A stretch of 64,000 nt of DNA from Octopus sinensis (taxonomy: Eukaryota), in NCBI RefSeq assembly GCF_006345805.1, contig NC_043000.1, positions 15,438,001 to 15,502,000 of the forward strand, in the 5' to 3' direction. Positions within the stretch are counted from its first letter, which is position 1, and the number at the start of each line of letters is the position of its first letter. Positions 12,291 to 24,999 of this stretch are shown here, one piece after another. Made by a program: the position numbers and the translations under genes. The notes under the pieces were generated by a model, which saw only the letters and a program-made list of their open reading frames with translations, searched no databases and was not told the origin of the DNA.

Positions 12291-12547
12291 TGGGCTGTCC
12301 TCAAACTCGTTTGTGCGAATTCCTCTGATACCATTTATTTTCTGTTTGTTGTTGCGGTTGTTGTTGTTGTTATTGCTGTTGTGTTTAGCCTTCCCATCCA
12401 TCCAGTAGGGTCTCTCAGTTGACCAGTGTACATACCACCACCACCAAGGTAGAATGGTGGTAACAGAAGATGAAGAGTGAGGTACATGGCGTTCCATAGC
12501 ATCAACCTCTTCAGACTCCATCTCCTCCTCATCACTGACCATTTCAA
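12291..12547 (-). CDS. Linker exon: VEMVSDEEEMESEEVDAMERHVPHSSSSVTTILPWWWWYVHWSTERPYWMDGKAKHNSNNNNNNRNNKQKINGIRGIRTNEFEDSP
   Basis: Acceptor ttattgcag|TT, donor CCA|gtaagc, 257 nt, phase 1-0, open; matches the phase-0 acceptor at 10659. Confidence 0.72.
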
Positions 12548-12717
12548 CTGCAATAACATGGATAGACAACATTTAAATACCTTAACAAACATACAACAGG
12601 AAAACAATGGATATGACTACAGTTTCTAAATACAATGGAATGGAATCGGTGGGGGACTGGCCAGGTTGCCAGCTTGCCAGAGGGCGAGTGGCTCCCTGCG
12701 CCATTAGAATCCATTAG

Positions 12718-12935
12718 AAACGTTAGCACGCCGGGCGAAATATTTAGCAGTATTTCGTCTGCCGTTACGTTCTGAGTTCAAATTCCACCGAGGTCGACTT
12801 TGCCTTTCATCCTTTTGGGGTCGATAAATTAAGTACCAGTTATGCACTGGGCTCGATGTAATCGACTTAATCTCTTTGTCTGTCCTTGTTTGTCCCCTCT
12901 ATGTTTAGCCCCTTGTGGGCAATAAAGAAATAAGA
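12718..12935 (+). mobile_element. tRNA-derived SINE, family B, with Nin/Deu-like central domain
   Basis: gaggtcgactttgcctttcatcctttcggggtcgataaattaagtacc resembles the Nin/Deu SINE domain. Other copies at about 7290-7512(-), 10735-10962(-), 25262-25498, 28345-28812, 31480-31770, 36318-36548, 36770-37000, 42165-42580(-), 59672-60080(-), 61752-61975, 63022-63240(-). Confidence 0.75.
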
Positions 12936-14306
12936 ATCCATATATGTTAGTATCTAAGGGGCCCATCCCCTCAAGTTTGAGAATATTTTATTCACTCCTG
13001 GAAGGGCCAGGCTGAAAGTCTGGCTGTGTTTGTAGACAGTTGAAAAGAATACATTTAACAAAAGAAAATTAAATGATAGCATTGTAGTTGTGGGTGGGCC
13101 CCCTTGTAGCTGCAGGTGGGCCCCCTTAGTCCCCTGGCAACCAATATTTTTAGACCCAGTCTGTCACTGAATGGAATATAAGCTGAGGGACTGAGAGAAA
13201 TGGAGAAGTGATAGTGTGTGTGGTTTATAGGGTACCAAGTGGACCTGATACTAAATAAATGTGGCCACCAATTCCATCAGGCTTAATTGAAGAATTCTAA
13301 ATGTTTGGGACAACAGAAGAAACCACTCAACCTCTGCGGTGTTATTGTTGTTGTTTAACACAAGATGAAACTTCAGCGAGCGGCCTTTGACTATCCAGCT
13401 ATAGCCATCCTGTCATTTAGAGGTTTATTGGGGACTCTGGAACAATGAAAGGCAAAACTGACCTCTGGTGGGAATGTAAAGATACATAACCACACAGCAA
13501 AATATTTCAGCTATCACTACTAATCCTTCAACTCATTGTCCTCCTCCCCTAGTAGTAGTAGTAGTAGTAGTAGTTTCAAATTTTGGCACAAAGCCAGTAA
13601 TTTTGAGGGAGGGGGAAAGCCAGTTACATTGATCTTGGTGTCCAATTGGCGCTAACTTTATTGACTTTGGAAATATGAAAGGTAAAGTCAACCTCAGTGG
13701 AATTTGAACTCAGAACCACCAGAAGCAGTGCTGCTAAGCGTTTTATCCAACATGCTAACAACTTTGCCAGCTCATGACATCATCATCATCACCATCATTA
13801 TCATTGTCATCATTGTTTAACGTCCATTTTTCCATACTGGCATAGGTTGGAAGATATGACTGAGGACTGGCAAGCTGGGAGGCTGCACCAGGCTCCAATC
13901 TGATCTGGCAAGGTTTCTACATCTGGATGCCCTTCCTAACACCAACCACTCCGAGAATATAGTGGGTGCTTTTTATGTGCCACCAGCATGGGAGCCAGTC
14001 AGGCGGCACTGGCATCGACCACGCTCAGATGCTGCTTTTTATGTGCCACCAGTCAGGTGGTACTGGCATCGGCCACACTAATTCTTTTTACTGTAGGTAC
14101 AAAGCCTGATATTTTGGGGTAGAGTTGCAAGTCGGTTACACTGACTCCAATGCTTGACTGGTAGTTATTTTATCAACCTCTGAATGATGGAAAGCAAAGT
14201 CGACCTTCCCTAAATTTGAACTCAGAGTCACAATAGATAATGCTAAGCATTTTGTCCAGTGTGCTAACAATTCTGCCAGCTTTCTGCCTTACTACTGCTG
14301 CTGCTG

Positions 14307-14354
<48 letters not shown>

Positions 14355-15094
14355 ATAATAATAATAATAATATAATAATAATAATAATAATAATGTAATC
14401 CCAAGGTTTAAAACAAACTTTTTTTTATTTATTTTTTAAAAAATTTATGCATTAGACATTCACTAGTACAACACCCCCCCCCCCAAATATATGGCACACT
14501 AGGCATAACAACAACGTGAACTTCCAACCTGTTGTCTCTTGAGGTCTCTGGGTGAGACTTGGAGCCAACTTGTACAGACATAAAGCAAAAGTCAAACATT
14601 GAATAATAATAATAAGAAGAAGAATAGTCCTTTCTACTAAAGGTACAAGGTCTGAAAATTTTTTTGGGGGTGAGGGAATAGTCAATTTCATTAACCCCAG
14701 TGTTTCACTGGTACTTAATTTATTGACCCCAAAAAGATGAAAGGTAAAGTTGACCTTGGTGAAATTTGAACTCAGAAGATGATAAGAGTTTTATAACAAA
14801 TCATATCATATGGGCGCAGGAATAGCTGTGTGGTAAGTAGCTTGCTTACCAACCACATGGTTCCAGGTTCAATCCCACTGCGTGGCACCTTGGACAAGCA
14901 TCTTCTACTAAAGTCTCGGGCTGACCAAAGCATTGTGAGTGGATTTGGTAGATGGAAACTGAAAGAAGCCTGTTGTATATATATATATATATTATCATCA
15001 TCATCATCATCATCATCATCGTTTAATATCCGCTTTCCATGCTAGCATGGGTTGGACAATTTGTCTGAGGATTGGCAAACCAGATGGCTGCACC

Positions 15095-15145
<51 letters not shown>

Positions 15146-15222
15146 GGAGTAAACACATAAATGTGAAACAAGGTGGAAAGAGTCTAGATTGAATTGATAT
15201 ATCGGTTCCATTCTAGCAAAAA

Positions 15223-15260
15223 CTGTCTGATGAATGGCAACGAGAAACTCAGAGTAACAG
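15223..15260 (+). ncRNA. Minimal hammerhead-like motif, second repeat family
   Basis: CUGU-CUGAUGA-A-UGG(CAA)CGA-GAAA-C(UCAGA)G-UA-ACAG: intact core, stem I CUGU/ACAG, GUA triplet; stem II has a mismatch. Confidence 0.45.
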
Positions 15261-15300
15261 ATTTTGTTGAATTTTCTGCTGCTTAAAATAAAGTATATAT

Positions 15301-15330
<30 letters not shown>

Positions 15331-15332
<2 letters not shown>

Positions 15333-15583
15333 CAAGATAAGAAAATGGAGAAATACATCTAAATCAAATATCAATTATCAGATAATACTCAATCACATGC
15401 TTTATTAAACCACCACATAAGAGACTGTAGGGTTAAACATAAAAAAGCAGAACAAATCAGTGTACATAAAGGAATGTACATAAAAAAAGTCTTTTATGTG
15501 GTGGTTTAATAAAGTATGTGATTGAGTATTATCTGATAATTGATATTTGATTTAGATGTATTTCTCCATTTTCTTATCTTGTA
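15331..15583. repeat. Near-perfect inverted repeat (MITE-like), arms of about 96 bp
   Basis: 15331-15427 is the reverse complement of 15488-15583; TA at both ends. Confidence 0.85.
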
Positions 15584-15753
15584 TTAGTAATTTGTGATAA
15601 ATCATTTTACCTTTGCCCATATAATACAGGAAATGAATTGATTGCATCGCAATCTTTAACATTTATGTATTAACTTTGTTGGGTACTTCACTAGCAGTAT
15701 ATTGGATATATGTTATCCCATGGAGGGTTGCATTTACAACTCCTTTCTCAATT

Positions 15754-15799
<46 letters not shown>

Positions 15800-16679
15800 A
15801 TATGCACGTGTGTGTATATGTTTGTGTGTCTGTGTCCTCACCCCCATATCGCTTGACAACCGATGCTGGTGTGTTTATGTCCCCATAACTTAGAGGTTCG
15901 GCAAAAGAGACCGATAGAATAAGTACTAGACTTACAAAGAATAAGTCCCGGGTCGATTTGCTCGACCAAAGGCTGTGCTCCAGCATGGCTGCAGTCAAAA
16001 TGACTGAAACAAGTAAAAGAGAGTAAAAGAGTATACCTATTGAAGAGGCCAGACGTCAACCATTTATTGAAGTATTGAATCAAAAGGACCTAACTCTTTT
16101 AATCCAATCTCTTGCCGCCACATTTACCCGATTTTTTAGTGGGGGGATAACCCAATTTTTTAATGGAGGTGAGATAACCAAAAAGTACCTTCATTTCTTT
16201 TTAAAGCCTGGTACTTATGTATCGGTTTATTTTGCTGAACTTAGCGGTTCAGCAAAATAAACCGATACATAAGTTACGGGGACCTAAAGAAACCAACACC
16301 ATTTGTCAAGCGATGAGGGTGACGTGTGCGTGCGCGTATGTACATACGTATGACGGGCTTTGTCTTCAAAACCCACTCACAAAGCTTTGATTGGCTCTGG
16401 ACTGTAGTAGAAAACACTTGCCCAAGGTGCCACGTAGTGGACTGGACTGGAAACCAAGTGGTTGGGAAGCAGACGTTCTTTCCACAAAACCACGCCTGTG
16501 TCTGACAAGTGATGTAAATATGTAGCTTGCTTTGTCAGTTATCTCCCCTGCTCCATTATACCAAAGAAATAACGATCCAACAGGTCTAAGTGAGCAAACA
16601 GTTTAGTAGTATTGAAATGAACTCCAATGGTGCTGTGTGCTGTGTGAACAAAACAACCGCTTAATGCTAAGCTAATAAT

Positions 16680-16755
<76 letters not shown>

Positions 16756-19702
16756 TCTCTCTCACACACTCTCTTTCTCTCTCACACACACACTCTCTCA
16801 CATACACACACTCTTTCACACACACACACACACTCTCTCTCTCTCTCTGGGAAGCCGTCCAGCATCTTTGTACAGTTTTTACTAGTTATTATTAATCATT
16901 GATTGAAAGACACTTATACCTGGTTACATCAATTCATTCTCTTCTTCTCCCTTTCCTTAATTCCCTCCTAATTTACACACACACACACACACACACCACA
17001 CACACACACACATACACCTGTCTTTCAATATTCATTCATTTATATTTTAGCTTCATTTATGCTCATTCCTATCCACAATTGTATAGACTAGACTAAGCTA
17101 TAGAATTTATTCATGTGTGTATTTGGTTGTAGTGAATGCACACAATTATTCTATTCAGTTAAATATATTATATATATACATATTGTTTGCTTTCTCTTTT
17201 GCTTGTATTATATATATTTTTTAGACTGAGAAAGTGTAAATAGCTCTGTATGCATATATGATTATTAGCCTATAAAACCGAAGATATGTTTGTATCTCAT
17301 CAAGGGTAATGAACCATCTCTGGCAAACATTACCTTTCCCTCAATGCCTTACAATTTGGGTAGGTTGTTGTTAAACTTGGGTCATCTCTAATTTAACAGA
17401 GCTATGATCAAAGTTATTCCAACCGTGGCCATCTCAGGGATTACTTAGCTTAATGGTACAACACACTCAGTCGTATACCTACAAAACAGTACTCTTCCAC
17501 CCCCGAATTTGTTTTCTCATAATTCTTAGAAAAATCATCATCATCATCATCGTTTAACGTCCGCTTTCCATGCTAGCATGGGTTGGACGATTTTGACTGA
17601 GGGCTGGCGAACCAGACGGCCGCACCAGGCTCCAATCTTGATCTGGCAGAGTTTCTACAGCTGGATGCCCTTCCTAACACCAACCACTCCGAGATTGTAG
17701 TGGGTGATTTTTACGTACCACCGGCACGGGGCCAGCCAGGCAGTACTGGCAATGACCTTGCTTGAATCTTTTTACACATGTCACCAGCACAGGTGCCAGT
17801 AAGGCGACGTTGGTGACAATCACGCTCAAATGGTGCCCTTTTACGTGCCAGCGGTACGGAGCCAGTTGGCTGCTCTGGCAACGATCACGCTCGGATGGTG
17901 CTCTTGGCACCCTACTAGCACGGGCACAAGTGCCAGTAAGGCAACACTGGTAATGATCACACTCGAATGGTGCCCTTTTATGTGCCACTGGCACATAAAA
18001 TGGATTTTTTAAAATAAAATTTTCAACGAATACCTTTCAGTTGGTGTAGATTACTATTACTCTCTCTTTCTCTTTTACTCTTTTACTTGTTTCAGTCATT
18101 TGACAGCGGCCATGCTGGAGCACTGCCTTTAGTCGAGCAAATCAACCCCGATACTTATTCTTTGTAAGCCTAGCACTTATTCTATCGGTCTCTTTTGCTG
18201 AACCGCTATGTCACGTGGACATAAACACACTAGCATCGGTTGTCAAGCAATGCTAGGGGGGACAAATACAGACACAAACAAACACACACATATACATATA
18301 CGACGGGCTTCTTTCAGTTTCCGTCTACCAAATCCACTCACAAGGCTTTGGCCAGCCCGAGGCTATAGTAGAAGACACTTACCCATAGAGCCACGCAGTG
18401 GGACTGAACCTGGAACCATATGGTTGGTAAGCAAGCTACTTACCACACAGCCACTCCTGCGCCGTGAATTTAATGTAAAAAAAAACAAGAAAAAGGAAAG
18501 AAAATATCGGTGGCTGTGCACACATTCGTACTGACATACATCACATATATATATCTACAAAATGAAACTGGAAATGTTGAAAAAAGTTGTGATGTGTGTC
18601 AGTATATACATCTGTATGCCCACCATTCTTATATTTTTTCACGTTAAATTCTGTTGTAATCATAATTTACTCTATCTGAAAACTATTTGTAGAAGATTTC
18701 ATTAAGAAATACCCATTTTTCAGTAAGTTGTGAGGAAACAAAATCAACTTGTGTGAATTATTTGAAACACCTTTCCCCACGCTGAAAATTTTTTCTCACA
18801 TTAAAATTCCGATGTGCTAGAAGACACTTGCCCAGTGTTACACAGTGAAACTGAACCTAAAACCACATGGTTTGGAGACTCTTAAGCAAGCTTCTTAACC
18901 ACACAGCCATGCCGGCTGTGTGTATAATTCACTGTTGTATGCAGTTAAAGCACTAAATTGCTGAGGAGAGCTTTGTTAAAAATAATAATAATGAAATTAT
19001 TGTATATCGTGCTCAGGTGTACCACAAAGTGTCAGAAAGTGCGTATAAGATATATATTGTTATCTTACAATACTGAGTTCAAATCTTTTGGTGGGAGAAA
19101 CAACTCAACCAGGTTGATTTACATATGATAGACAACATGAAGACATCATCATCATTATGATCATCATCTTTTAACGCCCACTCTCCATGCTGGCATGGGT
19201 TGGAAGGTTTGACTGAGGATTGCACCAGGCTCCAATCTGATCTAGCAAGGTTTCTACAGCTGGATGCCCTTCCTAATGCCAACCACTCCGAGAGTATAGC
19301 GGGTGATTTTTACATGCTACTGGCACGGGAGCAAGTCAGGGGGGCACTGGCACCGACCATGTTCAGATAGTGCACTATAAACATATGAATTAAGGAATGC
19401 CCATAATTTATTATCTTTAAAGGAGGCTTTATATAATGGCCCTTTTCCTGCTTCCTAAATAGCAAAGGTGAAATTGCTGCATAAATTTAGTATAGTTTAG
19501 GCTGCATGGTTAAAGAGTTCCCTTTGTAAACATGTGATTTCAGGTTCAATCCTAACTGTGCGGCATCTTGGGCGAATGTTTTCTGTTATAATCACTTCAG
19601 TTTGACCAATAGCTTGTGAGTGAATTTGGTAGACAAACTCAGCAGAAGCCTGTCATACATGTGCTTGTGTGTGTGTGTGTGTGTATGTGTGTTTGTGTGT
19701 GT

Positions 19703-19745
<43 letters not shown>

Positions 19746-20257
19746 TGTGTGTGTGTGTGTGTTTGCTTGACTAATGGTGTTCCTTTGTTTAGAAAAAAAA
19801 AAAAAGAGACCAGTAAAATAAGTACCAGAATTAAAAATTAGTTCTGGGGTTGATTTGGTTGATTAAATCTGAAAAAAGCAGTGCCCCAGCATGGCCATAG
19901 TCTAATGACTGCAAAAAGTAAAAGAACAGTGTAATGTTCAGTCTGAAGTTTTGTAGGTTAATATTTCAGTGAAAAGGTGTTGACAAAGAGTCAACTCGTT
20001 ATCATCAGGTGTAATGCAGCATGACTACAAAACAATAACCTGAAAGCATAATTAATGCTTATGGAAGGTCATATGATGGCTACACTTCTAACTGACAAAG
20101 AGGATAATAAACACTTGATGCCAATTGTGGAATTGTTGTTCCATGACTTTACAAAAACTGTTAGAGTTATAACTCTAATATTTATTTCATAGCAAAACCA
20201 ACAATATTTTATACATATAATCCTGTTGTGTATATATACATACATATATATATATTT

Positions 20258-20396
<139 letters not shown>

Positions 20397-21294
20397 GATG
20401 GGGTCAGGGGGCGTGGTATACTTCTTGCGGAGAAATGGGTAGATAAGGTTGGCCGATGCCAGTGCTGCCTCGACTGGCTTCCGTGTCGGTGGCACGTAAA
20501 AAGCACCATCCGAATCGTGGCCAAAGTCAGTGTCGCCTAGACTGGCTTCCGTGCAGGTGGCACGTAAAATGCACCAATCTGACCGTGGCCGATGCCGGCC
20601 TCGCCTGGCTCCAGTGCAGGTGGCACGTAAAAAGCAGCCACTACACTCACGGGGTGGTTGGCGTTAGGAAGGGCTTCCAGCTGTAGAAACATTGCCAGAT
20701 AAGACCGGAGCCTGGTGCTAGCATGGGAAACGGATGTTAAACGATGATGATGATGATGATGATGATGATAATATAGGGTTAAATAAATTAATCAATTAAT
20801 AATTAATAATTTTACCAAGTAGTTTGGTTTGTTAAAAGAACCATTATTGGTAAACTTATACAAAAATTCTATAATTATGAGCATAATTATAATTAGGGTT
20901 CAGCAAAATTTGCTTCACCACATACCGAAATTTAGAAATAGTAGGTAAAATACTATTCTACTACCATAAGATATCTCCCTGACAGCAATACTCTACAACT
21001 CACGCAGGTGAAGAGAAAAAATAATGAATCCACCCGGCTCAGGGAGTTCATATATATAAAAATTTTTTATATATATATATACATATTTAAAATAATAATG
21101 GGAATATACATTTGTCTTGCTCACTTACATTCTGGTGTTTGCTAAAATTTTCTGTAGAATATTCCTTTCTTAGTGGTAAGACCATAGTGGATCTACTTCT
21201 AACATAATGGATGTCCACATAGTGGTCATCTCTCTTATATGTATATATATATTATATATATATATATATATTATATATATATATATATATATAA

Positions 21295-21672
21295 AATAAT
21301 AATAATGAAATTATTGTATACAGTGCTCAGGTGCACCACAACTTGTCAGAAAGTGCATATAAAGCATATGCAGTAATGTAGAATGTCTGGAAAGCAAACA
21401 ATGTATGAGTCAGATACATGCTTGTGTGTGTATGGAGGGGAGAAAATCAAGTGTAGTGTTGGCGAATCTCAGGAAGCATGGAAGTTTTGAAGGATGCAGT
21501 GTTCCGACAACTAACAACTGATGCCGGCAGTTTGTTCCATGCTTCAGCAACTCTCAGCATGAAAAAATGTTTCCTGAAGTCATGGGAGCTGTGCTGTTTT
21601 CTTACTTTGTAAATATGTCCACGGGTGTTAGATGGGTGGAGTTTGAAAAGGTGCTCAGAGTTATTGTTTGTA
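21295..21672 (-). mobile_element. CR1-clade LINE 3' end with (ATT)n tail
   Basis: TRGHIYKVRK...RKHFFMLRVAEAWNKLPASVV...SFK. Related copies at about 18990-19080, 39190-39430(+), 53815-54150. Confidence 0.75.
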
Positions 21673-22147
21673 TGATATATATATATATATATGCATATTT
21701 TAGGTTGAGGTAAAAGTTCCTGCGCTGTGTTAAAATAATGCTTTTTTAAATATTTTTGCAGTGTGTGTGTTCATTATTTGAACATAGTGCACGAACTTTG
21801 TCCTCAACCTAGTAATATGTATTTATATTTTAGATATAGTGAAGGTGTGTGACTTAGTGACTAGGGTATTGCTCTCAAGATCAAAAGATCATGGGTTCAA
21901 TTCCTAGACTGAATGGTGTGTTTTGCTCTTGAGCAATTACTTCATCACATATTGCTCTGCAATCATATTGACATCTTATGTGTGGCACATCATACACCTA
22001 TACAGGTAATGTTGATTTGAGGGAGAGAATGAGGTAATGTGCAATGCAAACATTTGTTTGCTGTAAAGAAATCATCTGTGCAGTTTGTTCTGCAAGGAAT
22101 TGCAGAACCGACTTTCTCAGTCTTGGGAGATTACAAATATATAAAAG

Positions 22148-22547
22148 ACTAGCAGTATCGCCCGGCGTTGCTCGGGTTTATAAGGGAAATAACTATATAA
22201 GCATTTTTAGAGAGTTATAGCCAAAAAATAGCAAAAAAATGCATTAAAAATGGAAAAAAAATAATGGTAAATTTTTTTTAAAATCGTTCACTCATCGTAG
22301 ACATTTTTAGAGAGTTACTTCCCTTATGTAATAGCGGAAAAAATGCATTAAAATGGAAAAAAATTATGGTAAATTTTTTTTAAATCGTAGACTCATCGTA
22401 GACACATGCTAATACCCAGAAGGGCTCGATATGAATCACGACTATAAGATACCCGGTTTTGGTTAAACTGCACCGCAAAATATGGGAGTAGTTAGGAATC
22501 TAAATCGTAGGAGACAGACACACAACTTCACTTTTATATATAAAGAT
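22148..22547 (+). mobile_element. Non-autonomous Helitron/Helentron-type (HINE/DINE-1-like) element
   Basis: actagcagtatcgcccggcgttgctcggg start; agacagacacac microsatellite and ttttatatataaagat end. Confidence 0.55.
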
Positions 22548-24168
22548 ATGTGTATATTCTGACCACTGCTTAACCACAATTAATACTGCATACACTATGT
22601 GACCCATCCACACCAGCTGGACCCTATGGAATTTGAAGCCAGCTAACTAGTTGGTGGGCTACTAGTTTTATACTAACTATTCTTGTGAAGGCACTTGGCT
22701 TAGTAGTTAGGGATATTCAGCTCACAATTGTAAGGTTGTGAGTTCAATTCCTGGCAGCATATTGTGTCCTTGACCAAAACACTTTATTTTACATTATTCC
22801 TGTCCACTCAGCTGACAAAAAAGAGAAGTACTTGCAATTCAAAGGGCCAGCCTTGTCATTTTCTGTGTCAAATTGCACCTCCCTGAGAACTATGTTAAGG
22901 GTATGCATATCTGTGGAAAGGCGGTGAGCTGCCAGAAACATTAGCACGCTGGGCGAAATGCATAGCCATATTTCGTCTGCCATTACGTTCTGAGTTCAAA
23001 TTCCAACGAGGTTGACTTTGCCTTTCATCCTTTCGGGGTCGATTAAATAAGTACCAGTTACACACTGGGTTCGATGATTGGTTAAAATTGCCAAAATGCT
23101 TGAAATTAAAGACGAAATATCTTACAACCTATAGAATTTTCTCAATAAAGCCAAGAGAAAATGATGTTTTATAAACACATTTTACCAGTATATGAAGTTT
23201 AAAACTTTTTAGTTACCTAGAAATTATGTTGCAAAGCGCCGTTCAAAAGGAAAAGATCCCAAAGAGCATAAAAAATTAACTATAAAGGCGTCAAGTAAAT
23301 TCGTCATAGCTAATTACATTGCATCCCTTGAAAGTTCATCACCTGATAATTTTATTACAAGGTAAATTAGGTTGTTAGGCAATATGTCATCAGTAAATTC
23401 ATAAGCATTTCAAATACATCATCAATAAATTCATATCTCATACTTTCTATCTGAAGAGTAATTACATCACTAAACATTATTTAAAGTTTTTATTCACAGA
23501 GTAAAATATTACACAGTAAACAATAAAAAATAAATTCAAAAACAATAAAAATTCATTAGAATTGAATTTACTCAATATAAGAATGAAAAATACAAAAAGT
23601 TACTTTTCGAAATGAAATTACAAAAAATGCATTATTTTAAATTGGAAGAAAGGCAAGAAAGTAAAAAAAAAAAAATTCTAAAAACACATTATGATCAATG
23701 TCACTTAAACAATGCAGTATTTCACAATTTTGTTGATGTCCATTGACAACATGTCTAATTCTTGCTGTGCTATTATAATGGAATTTCTGTACTGGTGATA
23801 TACTGTTCAATTGTTACTTTATTTCTTGATTGTTTCTTTTCCAAGATTTCTAAACATTTCCAAACTGTAGGATGAAATTATTTCTCTTTCAAATTTCTTT
23901 ATTCATTGTTAATGAAAAGCAGCACAATTACTCTGTGAATGAAAAGTTTACATAATGTTTAGCAATGCATTTTACTCTGTGAATAACAAACTCATGTTGA
24001 AGAATTTACCGATGACGTATATGGCATGACGATGAATTTACCAATATGTATTGGCTCACAATGTAAATTACCTTGTAATAAAATTACAAAATGAAATTAT
24101 AGTGATGTGTTTACCATGAGGAATTTAAAGGGAACCTTCTATAAGCACTGGAATATTCAAGTACTTAC

Positions 24169-24207
24169 CTGGATTTTCTGCATCCTGATTGAATTCATGA
24201 ATTTCAC
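24169..24207 (-). CDS. 39-nt linker micro-exon: GEIHEFNQDAENP
   Basis: Consensus splice sites ttattttcag|GTG...CCAG|gtaagt, phase 1-1, open; joins 29918 to 12547 in frame. Confidence 0.62.
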
Positions 24208-24999
24208 CTGAAAATAAGTAAGTAAACCAAGGTAGAAAAATATACTTTTATGTGTTTTCTCATACTAACATGGGTCAGGTGGTTTAGTGGTTAGGGTGTC
24301 AGCATCATGATCATAAGACTGTGGCTTCAATTCCTGGACCGGACGATGCATTGTGTTCTTGAGCAAAACACTTCATTTTATGTTGCTCCAGTCCACTCAG
24401 CTGGCAAAAATGAGTAACACTGCGATGGACTGGCGTCCTGCCCAGCTGGGGAACACATACGCCATTGAAACTGGGAAACCGGGCCCATGAGCCTAGCTAG
24501 GCTTTAAAAGGGCGCATTTATTTTTTTATTTGATATGGGTCAGACGGTTTTTAACCCTTTTGTTTCCATATTTCTGTTGCAATACTCAACCATTTTTCAA
24601 TCAATTTTTAAAATAATGAAGAATTTATTAAAATAGCTGTCATTATTAAGCTGATATTTTGAACAAAACATAAAATTTTGATAGAAGATTTTAAATTTAG
24701 TTGTGTCTTGAGAGGGTCATGATGCCAATAATAAACACACACACTGGTTCAATGTCACTTCTTTATTGTTAGTCAGTCAGATATCTAACTGACTAACAAA
24801 ATGGTTATTTGCTTAATGTGTTGGTTAAACAATTAATTGGTTGTCAAAGTCCAACTCTCCCAAGACACAAGATTTGTTTCAACACACAAATTCATATCAA
24901 GAATCTTGCAAGCAAAATATAAAAGTGAAGTTTTAAATTAGAAAGTGGCTAGGTCTACCTTGGATATTGAACAGTTCAGCTCTTCATCGTAAAAGAGGC

